A stretch of 61,899 bases of DNA, counting the filler, from Sphacelaria rigidula (Eukaryota): assembly GCA_964200075.2 (NCBI GenBank). It is 7 parts of 7 records of this genome, joined end to end, with 100 filler letters (N's around TTAATTAATTAA, not from the genome) between each part and the next. Parts side by side here need not be neighbours in the genome. Positions count along the whole stretch, not along the records: positions 17,716 to 26,472 come from CAXNAA020010177.1; positions 26,573 to 35,329 come from CAXNAA020010178.1; positions 35,430 to 44,186 come from CAXNAA020010179.1; 4 more parts are not named here. One strand, written 5' to 3'. Each line of letters begins with the position of its first letter. Within the stretch, counting starts at the first letter, position 1. A program made the translations under genes and the position numbers. Below are positions 22,829 through 35,800 of the stretch, piece by piece. The notes beneath the pieces were generated by a model that was not told the origin of the DNA, ran no database searches, and saw only the letters and a list, made by a program, of their open reading frames with translations.

Positions 22829-25800
22829 GAAACACACACTTTACTACTGGTGAAAACAATCCTTACGAGTATCGAAAGCGTAGGTCTCCTTCACCGTCGA
22901 TGTGGTTCAAGAGCCATGCTACGGTAGGGGTGCACTCTTTTGGCGAAGTTGGGAATGGGTTTTTCATTGAGGATGAACCTTGGGAAGCTTCATACGCCAC
23001 GTAATATTTTCAAAAAATAGTACAAATGCACTCTTCGGCCGTGATGTGCGGCCTCGTTCACCCATTAAACATAAACACCCGCAATTTGAAATATCCCGTG
23101 TTTTTAGTGGATTTAGATGAGTAATAACAATTTTTGTGCCGGAATGATCGGGGGACGACACTGTTCGATATAAAAAATCAGGATTTTACCAGTTTCAGAT
23201 CGACTTTTTTTTTTCATGAGAGAGACCACGCATCACGGGCGGAGAGTGCATTTGTATTTCTTTTTCGAGAATATTTCGATGCGTATGAAGTTTCTCAAGG
23301 TTCATCCTCAATTAAAAAACCCATCCCCATTTTGTAAAATCCCGTGTTTGAGGTATTTCCACGTTGTGAGACATTTTTCTTTTTCACATTTGTAATGTTT
23401 GCCTGCGAGAGGATCGCCTCACGTTTAGACGCAACCTCGACCTAAGTAAGGGTCATTCTACGACAGGGGGAGAGTATTTGATTGCACGAAAAAATAGGCT
23501 CAAAAGTGAGTCAGACGACTTGTCACACTCGCTGTGCGCTTGTATTTGGTTCAACACGGTGTCAATCGGTATAAACGAGCGTTATATATCTATAACAAGC
23601 TCGTTCGAGCAACCGTTGCTCCTGTCAAGGACGATTTGTCTTCGAATTCCGCGCAAGAAGTGGCCCAAAATACACCCCCCCCTATCGTAGGATGACTCCT
23701 AACTGCACTAGTGGGAGTGCACGAGAGCCTGTACCTAACTCAAGTGCGCCGGCTCGGAAACGATTTTGTGCACCCCTAGAGTTCTAGCGCACGACTGTCA
23801 GCCCATCTATGTTGTGACTCAGACCGAAGCGATCAAATTTATAGATGTGTATACGTTTTCAAGCTTGCGACTCCCTTTTGCTGCTGATCTTGTCTAGACT
23901 AGACTAGTGTTTGATGTGGCTCATATTCAGTTTGTAATAATTACCTCTTTTATCACCCTGTTCACTTAATATTATGTCAGACTGTGAATCGCACCATTTT
24001 TTTTGTGGAGCCCATCGCTTGTTTATCATTGGTGTCAGAGTATTTCAGGTTTTCGAATGCTTGTGCTCAAGGTGCGGTCGAATTTCGAAATATGCTACAG
24101 TGCAGCGTGCTGGGTCTCTTGGACCGAGATGATGACCGATCTCACCACCGTTTCGACTTCCTGGTGTTGTTGGACAAGGAATCGGGTTGTGGTTCTTTAG
24201 CTAGCACATTTGGTTTCCAGTATGCTGAGGTATTCCAAGATTCCCAAGCGGCTGTGGCAAGCCCTTCGCATCCCCAGGATACAAATCAAGCGCGGCCTAA
24301 GACGGCCGCGATGCGTTCTCTTGCGATTTAAATTGATCAAGGAGAAATATATGGAATACAAGGTTGGGTTCAGAACAAAATATGTGGTATCCCCAAAGAA
24401 CAAAGCAGGTACTCTTGAATATGTCCGGTTCTTTAGTGAAGACTGGATCGCCCGACGGCACAGATGGAAGCCCGGGGCAAACAGAGAAAAACCCGGTTGA
24501 CTTTTTCAGCGTCAGAGTACCCTTTGCACTGACAATCTTCGCGATTTTGATTTGTTTTTGTTCTCGTACCACTGATAGCGGGAAGATCCTCGTGTATTGA
24601 TCTTCTAGCTAAAGCAGCATTTCCCGCACAAACAACCTCTACCACGTAATCAACACCTATGATACGGTAACGGGAATAATGGTGACCGAATATGACGCCT
24701 ACTGATCATTTTTTTTGTTTTGTGGAGTATCAGCCAAGAGAGGCCAGTGCCGTGCGTGCTGTGGCGACCACGGCTGAAGACGCCATAATGGAACATGACT
24801 TTCAAAATTGTACAACAAGCGTATCTTGTGCGCTAGCTTGAAGCACGTATCCCTGATACACCACCTGTTGGTGCGCCGTGGAGGGTAACAAAGGGTCGAT
24901 ATGCTTACAGGCCATTGTCATCAAGGATGTTCAGAGCTCAGTCCTAGGATTCCTATAATTCAATACATAAGTAACTTACTTAAAATTCTGATGAACTCTA
25001 CGATGCAACATGTTTTGCAGGGGGTGTTCAACAACATGACACCGACTAGTGAAACCGTGCTGCCCCCTCGCCAGCCTTTGGCGTGTTTTTTCCGATCCTT
25101 CGCCCCCAAATATGATAAGAACCCTATGTATACTCGAAAATTGTATGGGATTTAGTAAGAACACACAAACGTTCTCCTATCTTTGACTGGAGTGGCCCAG
25201 AGTCCTCGTCCGCTGCCTGAAAAGATCATATGTTCGCGTAGAATTATAGTCATAATTCAGCCCAATCGAGGAGCAACATCCCGCACACCATCAGTTCTTC
25301 GTAGCCCATCATCATTACACAGAGATTACTGAGGGCACAACACCCTACGGAACGCAAGAGCGACAAAACTCACCCGGAGATATGGCAAGCCCCGCCACGA
25401 CCACTCCCTGTGGGGAGCGGTCAGATCAAGGAATGTTCCACGGGCTCAGCTCTAAGCAGCGGATGACTGGGCGGACCGAAGACCACGAGAAGGTATGTTC
25501 AAAATTATGAGCCGAAACGCGCGTACGATATGCGCGACATGGCAGTATCCTCTGCCTTTGACCGCGACGTACAGTTATTAATCCGAGTTCAACTTTCACC
25601 CTGTGAACGTGTTTGGCCCTGTTGTCATATGTGAGAGCTCCTCGTGTAAAGGTTTCGGGATCTTCGCAGTCAACGGGGTCAACCCGTTGATCACCCGAAA
25701 GTGCCCATCTTTTGAATAGGCATTTTCATTCGAAGAATGAAAAATGGACCAGAATCAGGTGACCGTTAGAGATCCTGGGATCCCCACTACTGACTGTACT

Positions 25801-25980
25801 CAGGGCGCGTTTGCGCATTAACCTTCCTTCGACCGCCGGGGTGGGTGATCTGGGTTGTACTCGCTATTATTCAAGTGAGAGCGGTCCCGATTCAACAGAT
25901 GACTCACCCTGGCCGTCAAGGGGTCACAATCAAGCACAAGACATGCATGAACTCGCGTACACTATTTTCTTGGTCAAGAG
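22829..25980 (+). CDS. Possible spliced hypothetical gene (candidate exons ~22829-22923, 24221-24362, 24733-~24820, 25323-25492, 25804-25980)
   Basis: Open AG/GT-bounded segments with pyrimidine tracts; phases only partly consistent; no recognisable domain. Confidence 0.25.
22950..23330. repeat. Foldback/MITE-like element with ~110-bp inverted arms
   Basis: atgggtttttcattgaggatgaaccttgggaagcttcatacgc..tacaaatgcactct..ccgtgatg vs catcacgg..agagtgcatttgta..gcgtatgaagtttctcaaggttcatcctcaattaaaaaacccat. Confidence 0.8.
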
Positions 25981-26139
25981 GTTGGTTAAAGCAGATGCTT
26001 TCTGCGTTCATTGTACTTTACGACTAAAGTACGCATGCTCGAGTGTCGTTCTGCGAGTGCTGCTGTTTACACAAGATACTTTTTGCTGTTCGTCCAATTG
26101 GCCACCGATACAGGATTTGCACGAGCGGGGCCCGTAGAT

Positions 26140-26340
26140 AGTGCTTCTTGCCGGTAGTCGTTTTTAGTTTTCACGCCTTAGTCTACTACGTCGTTCTGCT
26201 CGACTTTTTTTGTTCCTTCTTTTTCCTCAGCGAGAATTTTCTATTTCATTTTTTTTCTCTGATACGTCCATCATGTGACCACGGCTGGGTCCCTAGGGGG
26301 TCAGTTAAAGTGTGACAATCAGTCAAATCAATCCATCAAT
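26140..26340 (+). repeat. Retroposon-like 3' end with (CAAT)n tail; second copy 39240-39352
   Basis: tgaccacggctgg...gggg.tcag.taaagtg.gacaatca shared, preceded by a T-rich tract in both copies. Confidence 0.55.
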
Positions 26341-26714
26341 CGGGCGACGTGGTGCTTGATTTTTGGGGGGTTGGACGCTGGAAAATTGAGACGATATTTT
26401 CATCAAACAGCGAATCATCTATGTTGAGGATGGTACTTTTTGTTGAGGACGAAACACAGTCGGAAAAACTTCNNNNNNNNNNNNNNNNNNNNNNNNNNNN
26501 NNNNNNNNNNNNNNNNTTAATTAATTAANNNNNNNNNNNNNNNNNNNNNNNNNNNNNNNNNNNNNNNNNNNNTTCTCGCCCCTTTCAGCGATTCGAATCA
26601 AATCCCGCACCACCGCTTTATTGATCGAGAAGCGGTCGAACGATACCGTCGTCACCGCTGCGAAAAAGACATGAGAGAAAAAAAATGAAAACACTCGCAC
26701 AAGGCGAGTGCTAC

Positions 26715-26904
26715 GGGCGCGTCTTAGCACATTAGTTTTCGATAAAAAAAAGTGCGGTGGAATACAAAAATCCCGATCTGGTTGGTCGTAATTTCAACCA
26801 TCGTCGTTAATTTTGAAGATGGTTGAAATCACGACCTATCAGATCGGGATTTTTGTTTTCCACCGCACTTTTTCGATCGAAAAATGAAGTGCTAAGACAC
26901 GCCC
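26715..26904. repeat. 190-bp imperfect palindrome (MITE-like hairpin)
   Basis: gggcgcgtcttagcac..aaaaagtgcggtggaatacaaaaatcccgatctg.ttggtcgtaatttcaaccatc vs gatggttgaaatcacgacctatcagatcgggatttttgttttccaccgcacttttt..gtgctaagacacgccc. Confidence 0.85.
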
Positions 26905-28098
26905 TAAGGAAACATAAAAGAAAAGGCAGGACAGACAGCAATAAATGCCTGTTAACACCCAGCCCGTCCTATCCATCTCGCCATGCCACCATGCCTCACC
27001 AACACTCCAGCTCAATTCGCTTCTGTCGGGCCCTCTCTCTCTTTGTGATTCACTGGAATATACATATACATATACAAGGTTCTCCTTTGGGAGGTTGGTA
27101 CGGGCCTCCCGGGGGTGAAGCAAGTCGAAAATATATGTTTGAGATGAGCTACTGTTGTAACTCAATGCACAGTAGTGACCGTGGCTGTACAAAACATCGC
27201 ATGTGTTATCGGACGTCGTTGGGAAGTATGGGAATTCGAACAGAGGCCGACAGCGGGACCGTCGGCGTGGGACATGTATGTGTGGTTTTCCGAAGTGCCA
27301 GATTGCGAAGTAACTCTCGTGCCACATAGACATGGCAGAGGGAGACAGTTCCCGGAAAATTGGAACGTGTGGAACATTCTCGGCATGTTCGTTGTACATC
27401 ACTGTGGCTTCCACATGAACCGGGCCTTTTGTGAAAACAGGGTGATTGTTTTTGCGGCAAAACATTCCTGTGCTGCCGTGCTGCCGTGCCTTGTTCAAGT
27501 CGCCAACGGCCCACTGTGCACGATCTTGGTTTCGCTAGTGACTAAGGCCAAGGCAATGTTCAGTTGTTTTCAAGTAACTGCTTTGCTCTCATGTTCTCGT
27601 GATATTGGCGACGTAACCGGTGTGTTCGTGCTCCCAAATGAACGAGAACGCGACAAAGAGAAACACGGGGGAAAAATACCCCACCAAAAGTAATCCTGTT
27701 TGAAGATTCTCGTGATCTTCAACGGGCTCTTTTTGTGGTTCGGGTTCTTGCTTCAAATTTTCCATGATGTTGAAAAGGCTTTTACGGTTCGGGATCGACA
27801 ACCCACGAGAAAGGGCCAGTTTGAGCGACTGTCGGTGGCTAGAACACGCGCCACAGGTATCAGATGACACCCAAACCTGAACGGTAATGTACCGCTGAGT
27901 CTTCTCAGTGCGCGGGAAAAAAATACCTTGCCGCCCGAGAAAACTCGGCAAAAGTGGTAAAAAATGTGAAATGATACATGTACATATATATATAAATAAA
28001 GCACAAGATCCCGTAGTCCCCCGTGTTGAGTAACCTGTTACATCCATGAGCCATGCTCCCCACGATCCGTTCCTTCACGGTTTGCTTGTGTTTGTCAG

Positions 28099-28287
28099 GC
28101 CAACCGACGAGCCGTTGCCCTGAGTGAAGAGGCCGCAGCGCTGAGGAGCGAGACGGAGTCGTACCGCCGGCGAGCAAGGGAGGCGGATTCTCTAGCCAGA
28201 AACGCTGGTGGTGCGTCGGAAAAACTGGGAGTTGGACTTAAGCTGGCGTTGGCGGAGAACGATGACCTCGTGGCTGCGGCAGCGAAG
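28099..28287 (+). CDS. Coiled-coil / low-complexity hypothetical protein, exon A (possible upstream exon 27778-27856)
   Basis: cag|ANRRAVALSEEAAALRSETESYRRRAREAD..LALAENDDLVAAAAK|gtcgga; 189 nt, phase 0-0. Confidence 0.7.
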
Positions 28288-28922
28288 GTCGGAAAAATAC
28301 GGAGCGTTGCTCACCTTCACCTCTTCACGCGCGTTATGGCTTTGTTGTCGAAGTCTCATGAGAAATTGTGGCTTGACTGTGGTCTGCCGACGACAGCATA
28401 TTCGTCACCCTCAATGGCTATGATGCCTCGTCGCAGTGCACGTGGGAAGCCTTTTATTTCGTTCGAGCTCTAGACTCTGGTGACAAAACGAACACGATCT
28501 GTTGACACCGTAATGGAGTGAAAAATTGAGAGAGATCGGGACATAGCGAGAGCGAGCAAAGAAGAGCGAGAAAATAAAAAGAGAGATAGAGAGAGATAGA
28601 GAGAGATGGAGATGAAAGATAGTGAGAAGACCGATACAGACTCGGGGGTAGCGGCTGAGCTTGTCCAGACGCCGCCGAATGCCTTTCGTTTCGGCGTACG
28701 TGCGACCTTGAACTATTTAGCATTGTGATGAGAAAAAACGGAATGGTTACACTGCTACACTGAAGACGGTCAGTGAGCGGCGACGCGATTGACGCAGAGT
28801 AGCTCTAAGTAGACACGCAAATCTACGTGACGAAGAAGGACCTCAGATTTCTGCGGATTTTTTCTCTATGCAAGTATGTGTTTTTTTTTTTTAATTGACT
28901 ATGACTTATTGATTCCAAATAG

Positions 28923-29093
28923 GAAAGAGAGACACTACAGAAGCAGTGGCAGCGCAGAGAGGACACCTTGCGGCTAGCTTTGCAGAAAGCGCAGCAGCAG
29001 CAGCAACAGCAGCAGCAGTCCGGTAAAACAATGGAGCCTGTCGACGGGGTACCGGCAGAAGACGGAGTCGATGTAGTTACGGTGCTGGCAGAG
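28923..29093 (+). CDS. Coiled-coil protein, exon B (polyQ)
   Basis: tag|ERETLQKQWQRREDTLRLALQKAQQQQQQQQQ..VTVLAE|gtatgt; 171 nt, phase 0-0. Confidence 0.78.
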
Positions 29094-30253
29094 GTATGTC
29101 GACTACTATCATGGACCACGAGCTCATAACTTCGTTTTGTGTCCTCCTCTTGAGAGAGAGATGTAGGTAGCTGTGAACTTGCCGTTCCGGGCGTGACAAA
29201 AGGCTCCTCACGTCGGACAGCCCACGAGCTGCCCAAATGCTACTCACTAGCGTACCGATTCGGATCGTGAGTCAGCTCTTTTGGCCCCCCCTTTCCCCTC
29301 AGAGTTTGTCTCTACGTCCACCGCTGGACGCCGGGCACGCGGAGTAGCGCAAACAGGGAGCGCTTTGGCTTCTCGGACCCCGCTGTCACGTATTTTGTGT
29401 CCTAAAACAACAGAACTGAGAGTCATCCTCCACCTCTACTTTTATTTTGGGTAGCTCATGAGCCCCCACGTGTGAAATATTTTTCCATGTTTTGTCAGTG
29501 CCGCGCTCTTGTATTGCCTATTGCTGTAACAGTCAGTCCTAGCGGTTAACCCCATTGCGGAGAAATTTCTTCCGAACGATCAATGTCCGAGGCCGGCCTG
29601 CGAAGTGACGTCGGCGTAGTCAAAGCACTTTTTTATTTTTATTTTTTATAAGAAACCTCTGGCGACCGGGGGACTATTGGATACCTCGCAAAGTTACCCC
29701 TACATACACGTCTTTTTCCTCCAAATTCGTGATGCCGGAGTCCTCCACGGTTACCAGTTTTGTCGTTTAATTTTTTTCTTTCACGTATTTTTTTTTTGTT
29801 GATATTGGCCACTAGAACGCTATTACGATCAATAGTCGAACAGGCCCCACTTTTTGTTACACGTACGTTCGGTGTTTTACGTCAGGCCCGCTTCCACGAG
29901 AATGTCCTCGACTTCCCACAGAAGCAGCTAAACCGAAACATGACGAAATGACCAGATAAATGTCTAAGCACTCGTTTGGTCCCTCTGAGAGCCCCCGTCC
30001 CGTTCCTGAAGGCTTCGCGCATAGCGAAAGTACGTGATTTTGGGTGTAGTCGATAGGGATGGGCGCTTGAACAGACAAGCGGAGATTGATTTCGTACATG
30101 AAATCATGAGGGATGATTGGGTGGTGGTACAGTTGGACGGACTGAATTTTTAGGCGTCGCTTGATTGCCGGAACGCGATCATGGGCAATTGTGGTGGGTC
30201 GTAGCACCAGGTTGCCGTCGCTGCTATAATTCGACAATGGGGTTATGCCTACA

Positions 30254-30561
30254 TTTTTTTTTCCTCACACTTTGAACCTCTCCCCTTCCTCGGGATGAGT
30301 CCGTGGTCTCAAGGGATCAACCTATCTCTCCCTCGGTACGTGCCTTTCATTCTGGTCTCGTGGATTGGGTCAGCACTCCCGCACCGCGTCAACTCACGTC
30401 ACACAAACCTATTGATAGTCGACTAGTTTGTTTACTAACGTTCTCACGCTTTCCACGGTGAAAATCAGACATTACGAAGAAAAAATCCAACAACATAATC
30501 GAACCTCCGTTCTCTCCACCCTAATGGCGGCAGTCGGACCATTGCACCATTGGGGCGCGGC
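30254..30561 (-). mobile_element. SINE family A copy in intron
   Basis: Reverse-complement match to 8246-8549, including A/B boxes and tail. Confidence 0.8.
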
Positions 30562-31125
30562 AAGATTAAATAGTAGATTTGAGGGATGCCATCGGACTTG
30601 TTCTGGACCAGCCACGAGCCAAGCGATAACCACGTAGTAATAAGTATGCCTTTTTAGGGCGAAAAAAGGACCTACCTATCTGTGCGCGAGTGTCGCAATT
30701 TTCCTTTGGTTTGTGGTTTTATACAGGTGCCAACATAGCGGTCAAGCGTGTTCATTTTCCTCGCTGGCGGTCGCTCATCATCCGCACACAAATGAAACCC
30801 TACATCGCCGCTAGGTGACTTTCCGTGCACTCAAGTCTGCGCTGAACAACGAGAGCACAAGCAACGTCACGCATTAGTGCAGCAGGGGACGTTGTCGGGG
30901 CTTTCCCCGAGAAAACAACGCGAAGTTCTATTTTTTGTGAGAACGTGCGTATATGGCTTTTTACTGATCCTTCTCAACCCGACGGTCAATCCCGAAAGGC
31001 AGAAAAAAAAGGAAAAAAAAAGAACGGGGAACAAGGAAAAACGGCAGGGTGTCTCTCTCGTATTTATTCGTAATTCTTGACCCACTCACGAATACGAGAA
31101 TATTGTAAACACGCTGCACGGGCAG

Positions 31126-31649
31126 ATGGAAAAGCTACAAGCCCAGGTGATGAGCCTCTCGCGCGATAAGGAAGACCTTCTGCGATCGCTTGCTGACGCA
31201 CGGCGGCAACAGCAGCAGCAACGACAATGCCAGCAGCAGCGAGAATGCCAGCAGCAGCAGCAGCAGCAATGGTCGACCCCGAGACCTTGCTGTAATGTCG
31301 ACGCCGACAATCGTAGCCACTGTTCAGTGCGCGAAGAGGTGGTGGTCCCGACGGGGCGGTCGGGTGGGGAAGGCGGGTACGTAGCACCCGGAGGCGGGGG
31401 CCGCAAGGCGGAAGGGGGCGTCGACAGTTGTGACGATAACGTCGACGCTGTGGGCGATAGTGGCATTGATGGCGACGGCGATGACGATGACGATGGCGTT
31501 GAGGATGATGAGGTGTTAGTCCCCCGGGGAGGACCCATTCCCGTCCCCTCTCCTTTGACACCGCGCGGCGGTGCTGGAGTGGTCGGGGTCGGGATGGGAC
31601 CATTTGGTAGGCCTACCGGGAGGTCGATGGCTGCGGCGGCACTCCTCAG
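31126..31649 (+). CDS. Coiled-coil protein, exon C
   Basis: cag|MEKLQAQVMSLSRDKEDLLRSLADARRQQQ..MAAAALL(R)|gtgcga; phase 0-2. Confidence 0.75.
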
Positions 31650-31977
31650 GTGCGAAATCTCTTCAGTGGGAAGTTCCTGTTGCAGGATTTTCGCTCCGTC
31701 GTATCAACGTGTTCTTGACGCGTTTTTTGTTTTTGTTCTTCTCTTCACTGGGATGTAAAATTTGTCCCGGCATGCCATAGACCCGAGGGTCATTGATCCC
31801 CCCTTTCTCAAATGAGGTGTTTCATCCAGTGATGATCTGAAATATAAAGAAATACTGCCCTCCTTTCCACCTCCTTCCACCCCCCCCGGGCACCAACTTG
31901 CACACCGAGAAAAGTATCTTCGCCCGAGGCTCACGGAAATCTTCCCCTGTTTTTGTTCTGTTCGGCGGCATGAGAAG

Positions 31978-32424
31978 GTCGACGCTAACTCGAGAAAGAG
32001 AGGAAAGGAGGCGGGAACACGAGACACTGCTGGAGCTATTGCGGCGGGCAGAAGAGGAGCGAGGAAGACGGCGGGGGGGCGCGTCCGAAACACGGAGAAG
32101 ACCGGACGGCAACCGTAGCGGTGACAGCAGAAGTGGATCGGCGAGCGACTCGTCTCTCAGAGGAAGAGATCTAGAAACCACGGCGTTTGCCAGGAGTTAT
32201 CGGGGTCACGACAATACCGTCGATCTTGCCGTACCCAACGCAAGTACCACCGCAAGTAGTAAGCGGCATCGTGACGTACAACGAGAGGCACCCTGTGAGA
32301 GCGATCGCGGAAGGTGCATGCCTCCTCCGCCTGCGCTGCCAGCAACACCCGCAAGCTTGCCTCTATCCTCGGATGCATGGCAAGCACTAATCGCAGGTCT
32401 CGAAGGTTCACTCCTCCGGGCTAT

Positions 32425-32456
<32 letters not shown>

Positions 32457-32905
32457 GCTGCAACAACACGTGCAGAAATCCATGCCGGCGAAACCATCGC
32501 CGGCGACGGCAGCCGCAGCCGCAACCGCAGCCGCAGCTAGAGAGAGGTAGCAGCACTGAACGGTCATCAGACATCAACATTAGGAGTGCAACCGACGGTG
32601 GGTCCACTACGCAGCGACGCCGTCGGCGCCGCGGTCGCGGAGACGAAAAAGGATACGTCGGAGGTAAAGCCGCGGCGGTGGCGGCGGTGGAATCCGAAGA
32701 CGGCGAAGGGGAAAGAGCGGTGACGTGTGACAATGACAGCGCAGTGATATCTGCGTTGACAGCGGCGCTTAGGGAGCTCTTGGCGGCCGCTAGCCCTCCG
32801 CCAGGCGTACCCTTGGGGAAGGTGGAGGAAGATTTGCGGAAGGCTTCTTTACCGGAGTTGATCGCCGCGTTGCGTCGAGAATGGGATGTGTTGCTGGAAG
32901 GAATG
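31978..32905 (+). CDS. Coiled-coil protein, exon D
   Basis: aag|(R)STLTREREERRREHETLLELLRRAEEER..LRREWDVLLEGM|gtgagt; phase 2-0 fits exon C. Confidence 0.75.
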
Positions 32906-33228
32906 GTGAGTGATGACGGGTGCCTTGTGGGTGGGTAGCTGGGGTGCGGAGGAGGGGGGTTCAGTCGCATGCGGTGGGTACGCCAGTGTTCATTGCATGA
33001 GTGCCCATGAGAGTTGAGCTTGCTTTGATGACTTGCGATGTTTCACTTCTTGGCTTTGGTCGTCCTTCACTGTGCGACCTCCGCCACACGTGTCAACCGA
33101 CTTCATGGGGATGTTCGACACTGTACGATGGTTAGTATACAGTACTTCGTCCTCAGTGTCCGAATTTTCCCCGCTGCCCCATCCCCCTCCCTCCTCCCCC
33201 ACTTTTTCCAATCCCCCGCGTATAATAG

Positions 33229-33561
33229 GAAGCCATGCAGGAAGAACTGCAAACAGCTCGACGGCATACAACCACCAACAACGCCAATGCCATGAGTACG
33301 ACCACAGCGCCACCGTCAACAACGGGCGCAACTTCCCCCTCACGTTCCCCCGCACACTCCCCAGTTGCGGCCGCCGCCGCAGCAGCAGCCAACCACGCGT
33401 CCGGCACTAATGCAGAACGCCAGCGTGCGGCAAAGCTGGAAAAGGCGCTGTATTGTGCGGAGGAGACGCGGGCGGCGGTGGAATGCGCGCTGCAACAAGC
33501 GGAGGAAGCAAGAGAGGCTGCGGAAGGTGCTCTTAAAGAAGCAGAGGGACGGCTTGCGGCG
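33229..33561 (+). CDS. Coiled-coil protein, exon E
   Basis: tag|EAMQEELQTARR..AAKLEKALYCAEETRAAVECALQQAEEAREAAEGALKEAEGRLAA|gtgcgt; 333 nt, phase 0-0. Confidence 0.78.
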
Positions 33562-34517
33562 GTGCGTGTTTAGATAGTGTTGGCCGTTGACACCGCGACC
33601 CGCGGGCCAGCTGGAACGGGGCGGGCGGGGAGGGCGGGATTGCGGATGTGTGTGTGGGGAGGGGGGGGCGAGGTTCGTTTCAGAAAACACTCAGCGCAGT
33701 GGATACTGTACACGCCTGACATGGTCGGAGGGGTTTGTGATGATGACATGGACACAGGTACAATTTCGAACTATGGAAATTTTCAGCATGTTTCACGCGC
33801 GGGAATACCCGCGGTGTGCTCGGAAAGGACCAATTTTTGACGTCCAGGTGCCTGACAACAACGACAAGCATTCAGTTGAAAACAAGGAGGGGGGGGGTAC
33901 TCATTTCTTGGTAGCCTTTATCATTTTGACCACGCATTCCCTTCGAGACGGAGCACAGTTGAAGACAGGGGAATGGGTCTACAAGTCATTTCACGTGACT
34001 GACAAGGTGGCGCACATACGGTCATCTATCTGTCGAGCGCGGTAAACCTATCGTGCGACTGTCCTGAACTAGGTTCGAGAATGGGGGGATTATTTAAAAC
34101 ATGGCGATTGTAACATCGGTATTGTGGACAACAGCCGCGTTTTGCTTATCCGGGGATGACACAAGGATTCGGAGACAACGACCCCAAACGCGGGACTCGT
34201 ACCTCGCGCCTTGTGAAGCTCTCTCTCCCTCCCTCCTCCCCCCCCCCTCTCTCTATATATCTATCGTGTAACACAAAAATGTCAGGGAAGACCCTCGTTG
34301 TTAGTTTGACTCCTGCACCGCCCACAGGAGGGATATCGATGGTACCGTACCATCGAGTCAAGCGAAGCTAGCATAGAGTAACACGTGCTTTGAATACAGA
34401 AAACCCGGTTTGGAGAAGTACACTTCAAATAGGTGTCTCCCACCCCGCCAATACCCACTCGTTCCCCTCTCTCGTGGTGCATCTCCAACCGTCGTCGATC
34501 TCCGCCACACCCCGCAG

Positions 34518-34891
34518 TCCGAACGCGAACACTCAAAAACTACTGCGCAACTAGCCTCCACCCTGCAAGCCAGCGCCGCAGAACGTTCAGCCATGGACGC
34601 GGAACGGTCCGCGGTCAGCGCGGAACGTGCTGCAGAGCGATCCGCCGCCGCCGCCGCCGCCGCCTCCTCCGCCGCCGTAACGGCTGCGCTGCGGCGGGCC
34701 CTTGAGCAACGAGAGACCGAGTCGGAGCGAACACTGGAGGAGTTGTCGCGGCGGCGGGCGGCAGAAATAGTTGCGGAGGGGGCGAAGGAGGAGGTGGAAA
34801 AGCGCCGGCGTGAGGCGGAGAGAGCTCACAGGGAGGTTGCGAGAAAGGTGGCGGCTGCTCGGGAGGAAGGGAGGAAGGAATCAGAGCGAAG
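34518..34891 (+). CDS. Coiled-coil protein, exon F (next exon starts 35274 and runs into the linker)
   Basis: cag|SEREHSKTTAQLASTLQASAAER..ALEQRETESERTLEELSRRR..REEGRKESER(R)|gtttgc; phase 0-2; 35274 acceptor is open in phase 2. Confidence 0.78.
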
Positions 34892-35429
34892 GTTTGCTTG
34901 TCGTTGTTGTAATAAATACGTGTTCGGGTTGTGCTTTGGCGCGTGTAATGCTGTTGTTGTCGGGGGGGGGGGAGGGGAGCTGTACTTGTGTTAGTGTATC
35001 TTCCCAAGGGCGGGGAACGGAAGGAGAGGGAGTGATCGTTTGTTTGGTTTCGGGCGAGTGCTGTGCTACTTTTGTGTGTCCTTGTTGTTAGCGTGTGTCG
35101 AACGATGGCTGGTCGAAAAAGTGCTCAAAGTGTGGGATATTCAACACAGTTCTTCACAAAACGGGCGCTGGTGTTTGAATATCCTCTGGGCATACGTTTT
35201 CAAGCAAAACATGCTCAAGTATATCGGGTATCCTTTCACCCCCTCCCCCCCCCCCCCCCCCGCCCCCCTACAGAGAGGCGAGCGGTCCCGCCCCCGCACG
35301 CGAGAGGTGGGGAAGACGCGAAGACGGGANNNNNNNNNNNNNNNNNNNNNNNNNNNNNNNNNNNNNNNNNNNNTTAATTAATTAANNNNNNNNNNNNNNN
35401 NNNNNNNNNNNNNNNNNNNNNNNNNNNNN

Positions 35430-35800
35430 GTGCTCTTCGATTCTGGGGGCATAGAGATATTCCCGACGAAGAAGTCCTTCATTCCCCGCTCTCTTGGTAC
35501 CCTTATCCATACGCTCTCGTCGAATTTCGTGTCATCGATCACCTCTGTAATGTCACACATATATTCCTTGACTAAAAACCCTACTCCCCACGCTCCCCAG
35601 CCCTTGTCCTTCTGTCCCTTCCGTTTTTCCCCCATTCATGCGTACTCTTCAACTTTGCATCCTTTTCTACCCCCGCTTCCTCCCATGACTCTTGGATTCC
35701 TACTATATCTAGGTCGTGTTCACTCACTCGTTGCGCTATCTCTCCTGGTTTGCGGTCGTCTGTGGCGAAGCAACACACGTTCCACGACCCTATGCTCACC
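35430..35800 (-). mobile_element. LINE fragment: N-terminal APE endonuclease (frameshifted)
   Basis: SIGSWNV..DLDIVGIQESW..GVGFLVKE..ESVWIRV..FFVGNISMPP match the APE motifs WNV, QE, GVG and Y/xPP. Confidence 0.8.

Noticed and set aside
25323..28287. Joining 25.3-26.0 kb exons to the coiled-coil gene (phases happen to fit)
   Set aside because: The join crosses the artificial linker at 26473-26572.
32206..32970. 254-aa minus ORF and similar shadow ORFs (31064-31603, 34587-35007, 51088-51588, 15587-16078)
   Set aside because: Antisense to GC-rich real exons or pol; poly-Leu/Cys translations of CAG repeats.
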